Source: Candidatus Sulfotelmatobacter sp.
GTDB taxonomy: Bacteria > Acidobacteriota > Terriglobia > Terriglobales > Acidobacteriaceae
Length of the DNA stretch: 64,000 bases
Assembly (NCBI GenBank): GCA_049675725.1
Contig: JBAUAN010000218.1
Location: 1,806-65,805 of the forward strand
Reading direction: 5' to 3'
In this document: one piece after another, positions 9,474 to 17,860 of the stretch
How the letters are laid out: each line of letters opens with the position of its first letter
Numbering within the stretch: the stretch's first letter is position 1
Position numbers and translations under genes: made by a program
Notes under the pieces: generated by a model
The model's database searches: none
The model's input: only the letters and a program-made list of their open reading frames with translations
What the model was told of the DNA's origin: nothing

Positions 9474-9965
9474 ATGGCATCAGACTTGATTCGGCATTTT
9501 CAACGTCAGTTTGCCTATGACGCGTGGGCCAACCACGAGGTCTTGGCCGCGGTTCGCGATTGCCACTCCTCTGCCGCGCGGAGCCTGCAGCTTTTTGCGC
9601 ACATTGTTTCGGCTAAGTTGCTTTGGCTGGAGAGATTGCAGGGGCAGCCGCAGAGCCAGCCCGTGTGGCCAGAGTGGGGCGTGGAACAATGCGAGGCGCG
9701 GAGCGTGGAGGTGGGAAAGTTCTGGCGGAAATATCTGGAAACGCTGGCGCCGGGTGATCTCAGCAAAACCGCCTCGTACAAGAACAGCAAAGGCGAGCCT
9801 TGGGCCAGCACGGTGGAAGATGTTGTCACGCATGTGCTGCTGCATTCCGCGTATCATCGCGGGCAGATTGCCAGCTTCATGCGCGCGAGCGGCGACACGC
9901 CTGCTTATACCGACTTCATTCACGCGGTGCGGCACGGGTTGATCGGGCAAGACGTCAGCTCTTAG
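9474..9965 (+). CDS. DinB-family (DinB_2) four-helix-bundle protein
   Basis: 163 aa with the typical DinB pattern (FAYDAWANHEVL..., HVLLHSAYHRGQI). Confidence 0.85.
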   Translation: MASDLIRHFQRQFAYDAWANHEVLAAVRDCHSSAARSLQLFAHIVSAKLLWLERLQGQPQSQPVWPEWGVEQCEARSVEVGKFWRKYLETLAPGDLSKTASYKNSKGEPWASTVEDVVTHVLLHSAYHRGQIASFMRASGDTPAYTDFIHAVRHGLIGQDVSS

Positions 9966-9990
9966 CTCTCAGCCATCAGCTCTTAGCTTG
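9957..9990. repeat. Heptanucleotide-period tract, inverted orientation (agctctt agctctc agccatc agctctt agcttga), overlapping the dinB stop
   Basis: Reverse-complement version of the GCTNAGN units. It starts inside the last three codons of dinB and includes ATCAGCTCTTAGCT at 9975-9988. Confidence 0.75.
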
Positions 9991-10086
9991 AACCACTGCC
10001 ATCCTCGAATCCGTTGTCGCTGTAGCTCGCCCATGCTGCCCCTGACTCTTTGCCGTTCTCTCCCCAAAACACGTAATATCTGAGCA

Positions 10087-11121
10087 ATGAGACGAGCCCC
10101 GCTTTTGTTTACCCTGCTGCTCGGCGCCGCCCTGTTGCTGGCATCTCCCGCTCCGAAGATTGCCAACATGCCGGCTGCCGTTTCCGGTAATGCCGTTGCG
10201 TCTCTCAAGGGCGGACTGGAACTGTTCTCGATCATGGGAGTGGGTCCGCGAAAAACGTGGAACGACATTACGAATCGTGTCTACATCTTCAATCTCGCGT
10301 CTGGAAAGTGGCGTGATGGCCGGCCAGTGCCCGGCGTTGCGGGTCGCCTGGGAGCTTCGGCGATCGGCGTGCGAGGCAAAGTATTTCTGTTCGGCGGGTA
10401 CGTGGTGGATGGACATGGAGTGGAGCTCACGGTCCCCGACGTCAGCGCATATGTGCCGGACGACCACAAATGGTATCGCGGTGCGGATATTCCTGTGCCC
10501 ATCGACGACAGTGTAATCGGGGTGGACCACGACCGCTTCATCTATCTGGTTGGGGGACGGTCGAAGAATGGGCCGGTGAACAACGTCCAGATCTACGATG
10601 CACAGAAAAACGTCTGGAGCGAGGGCGCGCCGTTTCCTGGAACGCCGGTGTTCGGCCATGCGGGCGGCCTGGCGGAGGATGCCATCGTCGTGATTGACGG
10701 TGCGAAGAAGAACACTGGTGTGGGCGCCCCTTACGTGGCGTCGAACGAGTGCTGGATCGGGAAGATCGATCGCAAAGATCCGAACAAGATTGAATGGAGC
10801 AAGCTGCCGCCGCATCCCGGTCCGGCGCGTTTTGGGATTGCCAGCGGTGCGGAGGGACACAAGATTCATTTTTCTGGCGGCAGCGCCAGCCCGCATGACT
10901 TCAAAGGAATCGGCTACGACGGCCAGCCCGCCGACGTTTCTAGCGTGAGTTTTCTCTACGACCTGCACGCCAACCAGTGGCAAACGGTGGATGAGAATAC
11001 AGTTGAGCCGCGCATGGATTGTGGCGGCATCCTGTCGACGCCAGCAGGGCTTGTGTTGCTGGGGGGAATGACCAAGGGACAGACCGCTACAGCACAGGCC
11101 ACGCTTTTTGCCAGGAAGTGA
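10087..11121 (+). CDS. Secreted Kelch-repeat beta-propeller protein
   Basis: Signal peptide MRRAPLLFTLLLGAALLLASPA. Repeated Kelch-like units follow (KVFLFGGYV.., IYLVGGRSKNGPVNNVQIYDAQKNVWSEGAPFPG, GLVLLGGM). Confidence 0.8.
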   Translation: MRRAPLLFTLLLGAALLLASPAPKIANMPAAVSGNAVASLKGGLELFSIMGVGPRKTWNDITNRVYIFNLASGKWRDGRPVPGVAGRLGASAIGVRGKVFLFGGYVVDGHGVELTVPDVSAYVPDDHKWYRGADIPVPIDDSVIGVDHDRFIYLVGGRSKNGPVNNVQIYDAQKNVWSEGAPFPGTPVFGHAGGLAEDAIVVIDGAKKNTGVGAPYVASNECWIGKIDRKDPNKIEWSKLPPHPGPARFGIASGAEGHKIHFSGGSASPHDFKGIGYDGQPADVSSVSFLYDLHANQWQTVDENTVEPRMDCGGILSTPAGLVLLGGMTKGQTATAQATLFARK

Positions 11122-11158
11122 CGGCGTGCGGAAATTGTGCAGTTCCCCACCGACACTT

Positions 11159-11331
11159 TGTCATCCCGAGCGCGGCGGCAGCCGGGCGAGGGACCTTACG
11201 TCAGCAGATGTACTCCCTGCTGTGAACGGGAATGCCCAACTGCATGAGGCGCAGGTCTTCCTCGCATGCCTACAACCGATCTGCGCGCCTGGTAAGGTCC
11301 CTCACCCGCTTTCGGCGCGTGCGGGACGACA
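11159..11331. repeat. MITE/REP-like element with arms of about 40 nt in inverted orientation
   Basis: Left arm tgtcatcccgagcgcggcggcagccgggcgagggaccttac (11159-11199). The reverse complement of the right arm (11292-11331) is tgtcgtcccgcacgcgccgaaagcgggtgagggaccttac, about 80% matched by eye and perfect over the inner 12 nt. The 92-nt centre contains cgggaatgcccaac, also seen at 18345. Confidence 0.8.
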
Positions 11332-11426
11332 TCGGCCGGCGCGATCCTGTTAAAGCAGGGGCGATGGAAAAAGAAGAAAATTGAAACGGACTCGATTCTG
11401 CGAAATCAAAACCGAGGTAAATAAGG

Positions 11427-11504
11427 TGGGGCGGGAGGAACGGTATCGAACCGTCATCTCCGGGATGGAGCCCCGGCGCATTGCCGTGGTTATGCTACTC
11501 CCGC
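11427..11504 (-). tRNA. tRNA-like gene, closest to tRNA-Gly(UCC) but structurally atypical (possible pseudogene)
   Basis: The reverse complement reads GCGGGAG TA GCAT AACCACGGCA ATGC G CCGGG GCTCCAT CCCGG AGAT GACGG TTCGATA CCGTT C CTCCCGC C CCA. The acceptor, D, anticodon and T stems all pair, and the T-loop is TTCGATA. However, the anticodon loop has C rather than U before the anticodon (G-C-UCC-A-U), and one extra C lies between the T stem and the acceptor stem. Confidence 0.5.
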
Positions 11505-11590
11505 GTTACTTGAGCGTCGTTGCGGCATCAACGTTATTGCATGGCAGCGCCGGTGTCAACACGGACGCCGTCTACACACACGGACGCCGT

Positions 11591-13795
11591 CTACCTAGCC
11601 CGTGCCAGTACCAGCGTAACGTCATCGGGCTGCTCGTTGTCCCCGATCCAGTCGTCGACTGCGGTGGTCACCATCTGGCTGATCTGAGGCAGCGGCAGTG
11701 CCCGATTGTCGCTGACCAGGTCAATCAGGCGCTGTTCGCCGAATTCGCCGAAGTCGTTCTCCGGCTCGGTGACCCCGTCGCTATAGGCGAGGAATATCTC
11801 GCCGGGCTTCATCTCCACGCTGCCTTCTTCGTAAGTCATGTTATCGAACAGGCCAACGACCGTGCCGCCAGCCTCCAGCCGCCGAATGCCGCCGTTCTTG
11901 GCGATGAGAATGGGGGGCAGGTGACCGCCGTTGCTGTAGGTTAGCTGGTGCGACCGCCCGTCGTAAATGCCGAGAAACAGGGTGGCATATTTTTCCGGCG
12001 GAGTGCTTTCGTAGAGCTGGTGGTTGAGCAATCCCAGCAAGGCGCCCGGGGAGATTTCTATGCCTTCCGGCCAGGTAGCCATGATTCTGCCCGTGCCGGC
12101 TACTGCGCCAACGGCCACCGGCTCCCGCATTTGCGGCAGGCTTTCCACGCTGTAGGCGCGCACCGCAGAGTGGATGGTCGCCATCAGCAGAGCGGCGGAT
12201 ATTCCTTTGCCGCTGATGTCGCCGACCGCGAGAATTAATTTGTGCGAGCTCGCGCTAAGAAAATCGTAGTAGTCGCCGCTGACGGTGCGGGCCGGGCGGC
12301 AGAATCCGTGCACCTCCAGCGACTCGAGTTCCGAAATCTGCCGCGGGAACAACTGCGCCTGCACTTCCTGCGCGATGGTCAGTTCGTTTTCCAGCCGCTG
12401 CTTTTCTTTCTGTTCCAGAATCAGTTTTTCGATGGACGTGGTCATCGAGTTGAACGAAAGTGCCAGTTCAGCGAGCTGGTCCCTTGACGCAACCGGGATG
12501 CGATGGCTGAAGTCGCCGCGATCCACATGCTTGGTGGCGTCGTAGAGATGGGCCACGGCTGCGGTCACGGTGCGGGTCATGCGAGTGCCGATAAAGAGGG
12601 CGATCAGTTCAATGATGGCGAAGAAAATCCCCACGCCCAGCAGGATGTATTCCACGCCCTGAACAAACTCTCCCAGGGCTTCGAAAAGATGCGCGTACAG
12701 CACTGAAGGACGGGTGCGGACTCTTACCACGGCTCCTAGTCCCGCCTTCCCAGTTTTCCAATCCACTGCTGAAAGGGAGGCGCCGGCGAGCGGGATCTCG
12801 AAATCCAGGCTGCCCGTTGGAGGGGGCAGACTGCCCACCACGAAGATGGGTCGAAACGGCTCCTGGCCCACCTGCAACGTGGTGCCTTGCCTGCCAGAAT
12901 TGATCGCGATGCTACCCTGGCGGTTTGGCGGGTTGACGGGAAGAGAAGTGTGAGGTCCGGAATTTTGCGAACTGCCCGACGCCTCGCTTCTGGTGGGATT
13001 TGCCGCTATCGGTGCGCCGGGAGCAAAAACTGTGATTTCGCCCAGATCGGCCGCAATTTTCCCGACAAGATCCGGATCGAACGGCTCGCTGGTAACCACC
13101 GTAAGATTGGTCGAACCCAATTCAATGGAGGAGACGACACGCAGGTGCAATGCGCCGCTATCACGGACCAGGTCACGGAACTCGGCCTTGGAAAAAACCG
13201 GTGGCGTCAGCGCGGTGCCATTGAATACGTTGCACAACGGCAGGGGCTGGCCTCCATACCAGGCGCACACTTGCCGATGTCCCCAGGCAGGGTCGCGCCT
13301 CCTGAGGCCAGCCAGCGATTCCGCCGCGGGGCGGTCTCCACGCTCGAGGTGAGCCGCGAGTTCGTTGCTGACGGCAGCGTTGGCTGCATCGAGGCTGCGC
13401 AACTGGGCATGGATTTCCGAGGTCACCACGAAGACCGCAAATTGCCCAGCCAAGCCATACAGCGTGATAAACGCCATGGCGACCAGGAGCACGGCCGGAA
13501 TCACTCCAATGAAAACGTAAGTGACGATCAGGCGGTTCCGCAGGCGCCACAGGACTTTTCGCTTCAGCCAGCCAAAGCCCAGAAACGAAAACAGGAAGCC
13601 CGAACTGACCGCCAGAAATGTTGCCCACCCACCCAGACTTGCGCCCCACGAGGGAGCAAACAAGGCTAGCAAGCCGCGCAGTGCGAACAGGATTCCGCCC
13701 AGGGCCAGCAAGTACCAGGCGATGCGCGCCATCCGGCCCTCGGGCCATAACCCGGCTAATCTCAGCCTGCTACGCAATGTTGAGTAGGACCACAT
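11591..13795 (-). CDS. Membrane-bound sensor phosphatase: multi-TM/extracytoplasmic region, HAMP, PP2C (SpoIIE/RsbU-type)
   Basis: N-terminal hydrophobic helices and a second TM (ILLGVGIFFAIIELIALFIG). The HAMP-like segment is VDRGDFSHRIPVASRDQLAELALSFNSM. SpoIIE motifs are VSGDYYDF, GDISGKG and AYSDGVTE. The ORF is open to the GTG at 13939; ATG 13795 or ATG 13732 are alternative starts. Confidence 0.88.
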   Translation of the reverse strand: MWSYSTLRSRLRLAGLWPEGRMARIAWYLLALGGILFALRGLLALFAPSWGASLGGWATFLAVSSGFLFSFLGFGWLKRKVLWRLRNRLIVTYVFIGVIPAVLLVAMAFITLYGLAGQFAVFVVTSEIHAQLRSLDAANAAVSNELAAHLERGDRPAAESLAGLRRRDPAWGHRQVCAWYGGQPLPLCNVFNGTALTPPVFSKAEFRDLVRDSGALHLRVVSSIELGSTNLTVVTSEPFDPDLVGKIAADLGEITVFAPGAPIAANPTRSEASGSSQNSGPHTSLPVNPPNRQGSIAINSGRQGTTLQVGQEPFRPIFVVGSLPPPTGSLDFEIPLAGASLSAVDWKTGKAGLGAVVRVRTRPSVLYAHLFEALGEFVQGVEYILLGVGIFFAIIELIALFIGTRMTRTVTAAVAHLYDATKHVDRGDFSHRIPVASRDQLAELALSFNSMTTSIEKLILEQKEKQRLENELTIAQEVQAQLFPRQISELESLEVHGFCRPARTVSGDYYDFLSASSHKLILAVGDISGKGISAALLMATIHSAVRAYSVESLPQMREPVAVGAVAGTGRIMATWPEGIEISPGALLGLLNHQLYESTPPEKYATLFLGIYDGRSHQLTYSNGGHLPPILIAKNGGIRRLEAGGTVVGLFDNMTYEEGSVEMKPGEIFLAYSDGVTEPENDFGEFGEQRLIDLVSDNRALPLPQISQMVTTAVDDWIGDNEQPDDVTLVLARAR

Positions 13796-14105
13796 GCTTA
13801 TGACTCGATCATTTTCGCGGTCATGCCATCTGATGCCATTGCCGAAACGTCCGATTATAGACTCGGGCGCAGTACGACCAAAGGCAGCTTTGCCATTCCT
13901 AAATTCTACCCCGTCGTCAGGAGCGCGGTCTGAATCCACAGGGGCTGGTTTGACCCGAAGCTTGACCTACGAAGTTCGACTATCAGGTTTGACCCACGAA
14001 AGAAGCTCATAACCAGAACGGACACGAAGTATCACGAAGGGCTTCGTCGGTCAGGAAATCCACAGAGGACTTAGCATTCCCGCAATTCTCATTTAGAATT
14101 CTGTC

Positions 14106-14927
14106 GTGCTTAGAAACGTGCTCAGAAACGTGCTCAGAAACGTGATCCGAAAAGCTCTAAGAGATTCGATTTCCATCGTTATCGTGGCGTTGGCCGTTTC
14201 GGTGTTTGCAGCTCGCGCGGGCGCGCAACAGCCGGCTGCCAATCCGCCGTCGACGCAGCCACAGGTGAAGGTGAATGTACTGAACGTTTGCACCCCGTCG
14301 GCCGAGGAGCAGAAGGAGATCGCGTCCGCCCTGGTGCGGGCTCCGAAACAGCCGCTCTTCTCAGCCGACTTTGAGGTTTCCCGCGGACGCTCGACTCTGA
14401 GCGATATGGCGAGCTTTCTGAAGCCCGGAGAAAGCGTGGCTGAATCCGACCAGTCTTCGGTGGCAAGTTACGTGCGCATCCGCCATGAGTTTTCCGTGCA
14501 AGCCCTGTTTTCGAGCGTGCAATATTCCTTCAGCAATGACGGGCACACCATGGTTGAAACTCTGGTGCTGCACGTGCGCGATCCGAAAGATCTGATGTCT
14601 CTGTCGCTGGAGGATAGCGCTTCCGCGGTCAGCAGCGTCGAAGCCATGTTGACGTCGAACACTCCGGTAAGCCGGGTGCGGCTGGAGCGTTTCGGAAAAT
14701 CTTCGGTGGCACTGGCACGGTGCGCGGCCCCTGAAAATGGCCCTGCGCCCGATCAGAGCGCCTATGAGCCGCTGTTCCGCAGCGCTTCCGAGGTGCTGGC
14801 GAACTATCGAAATTTGCTAGGCGTGAAAAGAATCGTAGCTGAGGAATTGGCCAAAGTTGCGCCAGCCGCGAGAACGAAGACGGTGCCAGCATCCAAGGCT
14901 AAACCGGCGGCGGCAGAGAAAAAATGA
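14106..14927 (+). CDS. Secreted hypothetical protein with a repeated (LRNV)3 N-terminus
   Basis: GTG start. MLRNVLRNVLRNVIRK precedes a hydrophobic signal segment (ISIVIVALAVSVFAARAGAQQ). Composition is normal and no family is recognised. Confidence 0.65.
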   Translation: MLRNVLRNVLRNVIRKALRDSISIVIVALAVSVFAARAGAQQPAANPPSTQPQVKVNVLNVCTPSAEEQKEIASALVRAPKQPLFSADFEVSRGRSTLSDMASFLKPGESVAESDQSSVASYVRIRHEFSVQALFSSVQYSFSNDGHTMVETLVLHVRDPKDLMSLSLEDSASAVSSVEAMLTSNTPVSRVRLERFGKSSVALARCAAPENGPAPDQSAYEPLFRSASEVLANYRNLLGVKRIVAEELAKVAPAARTKTVPASKAKPAAAEKK

Positions 14928-15064
14928 ATTGCGGTCACGGCGCAGGTTCTTACTCCGCAGGCTTGGCCTGCGTCTTGCATCCAAACCTGAGATTCACAAT
15001 CTAACTCGCAGCGACCCAAGAGAGCGCGCAAGAGAAACGCCCGAAAAAAAGACCGAAAACCATA

Positions 15065-15997
15065 ATGAGCGAAACTCGTAACGTCGTCATCATCGGCTCC
15101 GGCTGTTCCGGACACACTGCCGCCCTGTACACGGCGCGCGCCAACCTGAAACCACTGGTGATCGAAGGCCACGAACCCGGCGGACAACTTTCCCTGACCA
15201 CGCTGGTCGAAAATTTCCCCGGCTTCCCCGACGGCATTCTCGGTCCGCAACTGGTCGAGAACATGCGCAAGCAGGCGGAGCGGTTCGGCGCCGAATACCG
15301 CATGGCGCATCTCACCAGCGTGGACTTGAGCAAGCGGCCGTTTCTGCTGCACATCGGCGTGCATCAGGTTCACGCCCAGGCCTTAATTATCGCGAGCGGA
15401 GCCTCTGCCCGCTGGCTCGGCTTACCCCACGAGCAGCAACTGATTGGACACGGCGTTTCTTCCTGCGCCACTTGTGACGGCTTCTTTTTTTCCGGCAAGG
15501 AAATTGTGGTGGTCGGCGGCGGCGACTCTGCCATGGAAGAGGCGACCTTCCTCACCCGTTTCGCGACCAAAGTCACAGTCATCCATCGCCGCGAAAGTTT
15601 TCGCGCTTCGAAGATCATGCTGGAACGCGCGCAGCGCAACGAGAAGATCCAGTTCCTGACCGATACCGTGGTGGAAGATGTCTATGACATCAACCACAAC
15701 GAAGTTACCGGGCTCAAGCTGCGCAACGTCAAGACCGGCAAGGTGTGGGATTTCCCCACCAGCGCGCTTTTCCTCGGCATCGGCCACGTGCCCAATGCCA
15801 AGATGTTCGCCGACCAGCTCGACACCGACGCCGACGGTTATCTTAAGACTCATAACTACGTCCACACACGGGTTCATGGAGTCTATGCCTGCGGCGATGT
15901 TCAAGACCGCCGCTATCGCCAGGCCATCACCGCTGCTGGAACCGGCTGCATGGCGGCCATTGAAGTGGAGAAATTTCTGGAAGAGCACGGCAGCTGA
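15065..15997 (+). CDS. trxB: Thioredoxin-disulfide reductase
   Basis: 310 aa. FAD site VIIGSGCSGHTAALY, redox-active CATCDG, NADPH site VVGGGDSAMEEA. Confidence 0.96.
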   Translation: MSETRNVVIIGSGCSGHTAALYTARANLKPLVIEGHEPGGQLSLTTLVENFPGFPDGILGPQLVENMRKQAERFGAEYRMAHLTSVDLSKRPFLLHIGVHQVHAQALIIASGASARWLGLPHEQQLIGHGVSSCATCDGFFFSGKEIVVVGGGDSAMEEATFLTRFATKVTVIHRRESFRASKIMLERAQRNEKIQFLTDTVVEDVYDINHNEVTGLKLRNVKTGKVWDFPTSALFLGIGHVPNAKMFADQLDTDADGYLKTHNYVHTRVHGVYACGDVQDRRYRQAITAAGTGCMAAIEVEKFLEEHGS

Positions 15998-16217
15998 CCT
16001 CGGCTCAGCACCGGCAAAACCCCTCAACCCGCAAGCCTTTCGGGGCGCCAGCCTCCGCGCTTCGAGCCGCAAGAATCACTCCCGCCTGCGTTCTATTAGA
16101 GATAGCCTTTCGTAGTTGGACAACTAACCTCGGACAACCGGGGCCGCGTCCCTTGGTGTCTAAGCGGAAGGGTATGCTCAGCCGACTCGGTCGCCGCAGC
16201 TTAGGAGGATTCGCGCC

Positions 16218-17729
16218 ATGATCACTCGCTTCGTCTGTTTCTTCGCTCTCGTTTTCGGCCTCTCTGCCAGCGTGTTTGCGCAGGATGCGTCTCAACCTTC
16301 CCTCACCATCTATAACGAGGAATTCGCCGTGGTCCGGCAGGAGGTTCCGCTGGACTTGAAGACGGGCGAGAATCACGTGACGGTGAGCGACATCACCATG
16401 CATCTCGAGCCGGACTCCGTGGTGCTGCGCGATCCCACGGGCAAGCACGCGGTGCAGGTGCTTGAACAGAATTACCGCGCCGACCCCGTTTCCGAAATGA
16501 TGCTGCTCTCGCTCTACGAGGGCCAGACCATCGAGTTTGAAAACCAGGGGCAGATGATCAAAGGCAAGGTCATCCGCAGCGGATACACGCCGCACAACTA
16601 TTTCGCCATGAACCGCTACGGCCAGAACTACTACCAGCAGCAGATGAACGGCGCCGCGCAAACGCCGGTGATCGAGGTTGACGGCCAGCTGCGCTTCAGT
16701 CTTCCGGGAACGCCTGTCTTTCCCCGCCTCACCGACGACACGATCCTGAAGCCGCGCCTGGAATGGGTGTTGGCCGCCGACAAGCCGGGCAAATTTCCGG
16801 CGGAGTTTTCCTACGTCACCGGCGGCATGACCTGGGAAGCGGATTACAACATTGTTGCGCCCGAAAAAGGCGACGTCGTCGATATTGTCGGCTGGGTCAC
16901 CATGGACAACCAGAGCGGCAAAACATTCGAGAATGCGCGCATCAAGCTGATGGCCGGGGATGTGAACAAAATTCAGCAGGGAGCGAATGGCCGGAACGTT
17001 ATGCAGATGGCGGTGGATATCGGAGGCATCGGAGGGGGAGTGTTTAGGCCCCCTGTGAGCGAGCAGGCCTTCGACGAGTACCACCTCTACACGCTCGAAC
17101 GCCGCACCACGCTGCGCGATCGCGAGACCAAGCAAGTGGAATTCATCCGCGCGCCGGGAGTCTTGACCAAGCAGATTTACACTTACGACGGCGTCAAAAT
17201 CGACTCCAATCGTTACAACGGCTGGGGTTGGGAGAACATTCGCAACGACCACTCTTACGGTACCGAATCCAATCCCAAGATTTGGGTGATGCGCGAGTTC
17301 CGCAACTCGGAAGCAAATCACCTCGGCATGCCACTGCCCAAGGGCCGGGTGCGTTTCTACCGCCGCAGTGACGACGGCCAGATCGAATTCACCGGCGAAA
17401 ACACCATCGACCACACTCCGAAGGACGAAACCGTGCGCATCTATACCGGCAACGCGTTTGACTTGACTGGAGAGCGCCGCCGCACCAACTACATTGTTGA
17501 CGGTGGCAAAAGCACGGCAACTGAATCGTTCGAGATCAAGGTGCGCAACCACAAGAAAGAGCCGGTGGATGTGCGAGTGGTCGAACACCTTTATCGCGCC
17601 ATGACGTGGGATATTGCTTCGAGCTCCGCAGACTACAAGAAGACCGACAGCCATACCATCGAGTTTCCCGTGACCGTCGCGCCCGACGAGGAGAAAACCA
17701 TCAGCTACACGGCGCACTATACGTGGTGA
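16218..17729 (+). CDS. Secreted DUF4139 (DUF4140/DUF4139, MuiA-like) family protein
   Basis: Signal peptide MITRFVCFFALVFGLSASVFAQ. The N-terminus (LTIYNEEFAVVRQEVPLDLKTGENHVTVSDI...EPDSVVL) matches my recollection of the DUF4140/4139 architecture at about 500 aa. Coding confidence is high; the family call is moderate. Confidence 0.75.
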   Translation: MITRFVCFFALVFGLSASVFAQDASQPSLTIYNEEFAVVRQEVPLDLKTGENHVTVSDITMHLEPDSVVLRDPTGKHAVQVLEQNYRADPVSEMMLLSLYEGQTIEFENQGQMIKGKVIRSGYTPHNYFAMNRYGQNYYQQQMNGAAQTPVIEVDGQLRFSLPGTPVFPRLTDDTILKPRLEWVLAADKPGKFPAEFSYVTGGMTWEADYNIVAPEKGDVVDIVGWVTMDNQSGKTFENARIKLMAGDVNKIQQGANGRNVMQMAVDIGGIGGGVFRPPVSEQAFDEYHLYTLERRTTLRDRETKQVEFIRAPGVLTKQIYTYDGVKIDSNRYNGWGWENIRNDHSYGTESNPKIWVMREFRNSEANHLGMPLPKGRVRFYRRSDDGQIEFTGENTIDHTPKDETVRIYTGNAFDLTGERRRTNYIVDGGKSTATESFEIKVRNHKKEPVDVRVVEHLYRAMTWDIASSSADYKKTDSHTIEFPVTVAPDEEKTISYTAHYTW

Positions 17730-17860
17730 CAATTTTCCTGGCTGGCGACGTGATCCCGCTTCCGTTGGCTGCAGGTTGTTCGAGGCTAACTGGTAAGACC
17801 GGCGGGGTTACCTTCGTGATCTTCGCAGTAAATTCGGACATCGCTTAGAATTTTCTTACG

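Noticed and set aside
11427-11504. Idea that the odd tRNA-like gene is tRNA-Sec, because an 8-position acceptor pairing is possible
   Set aside because: The anticodon is not UCA, there is no long variable arm, and the eighth acceptor position would be a U-C mismatch.
11381-11944. 187-aa + strand ORF
   Set aside because: It runs across the tRNA-like sequence and then antisense into the 3' end of the PP2C sensor gene, and has no motifs.
16005-17732. 575-aa minus-strand ORF mirroring the DUF4139 gene
   Set aside because: It is antisense to an ORF that has a signal peptide, a Shine-Dalgarno sequence and family-like sequence. Its own translation is His/Arg/Val/Ala-rich low-information sequence.
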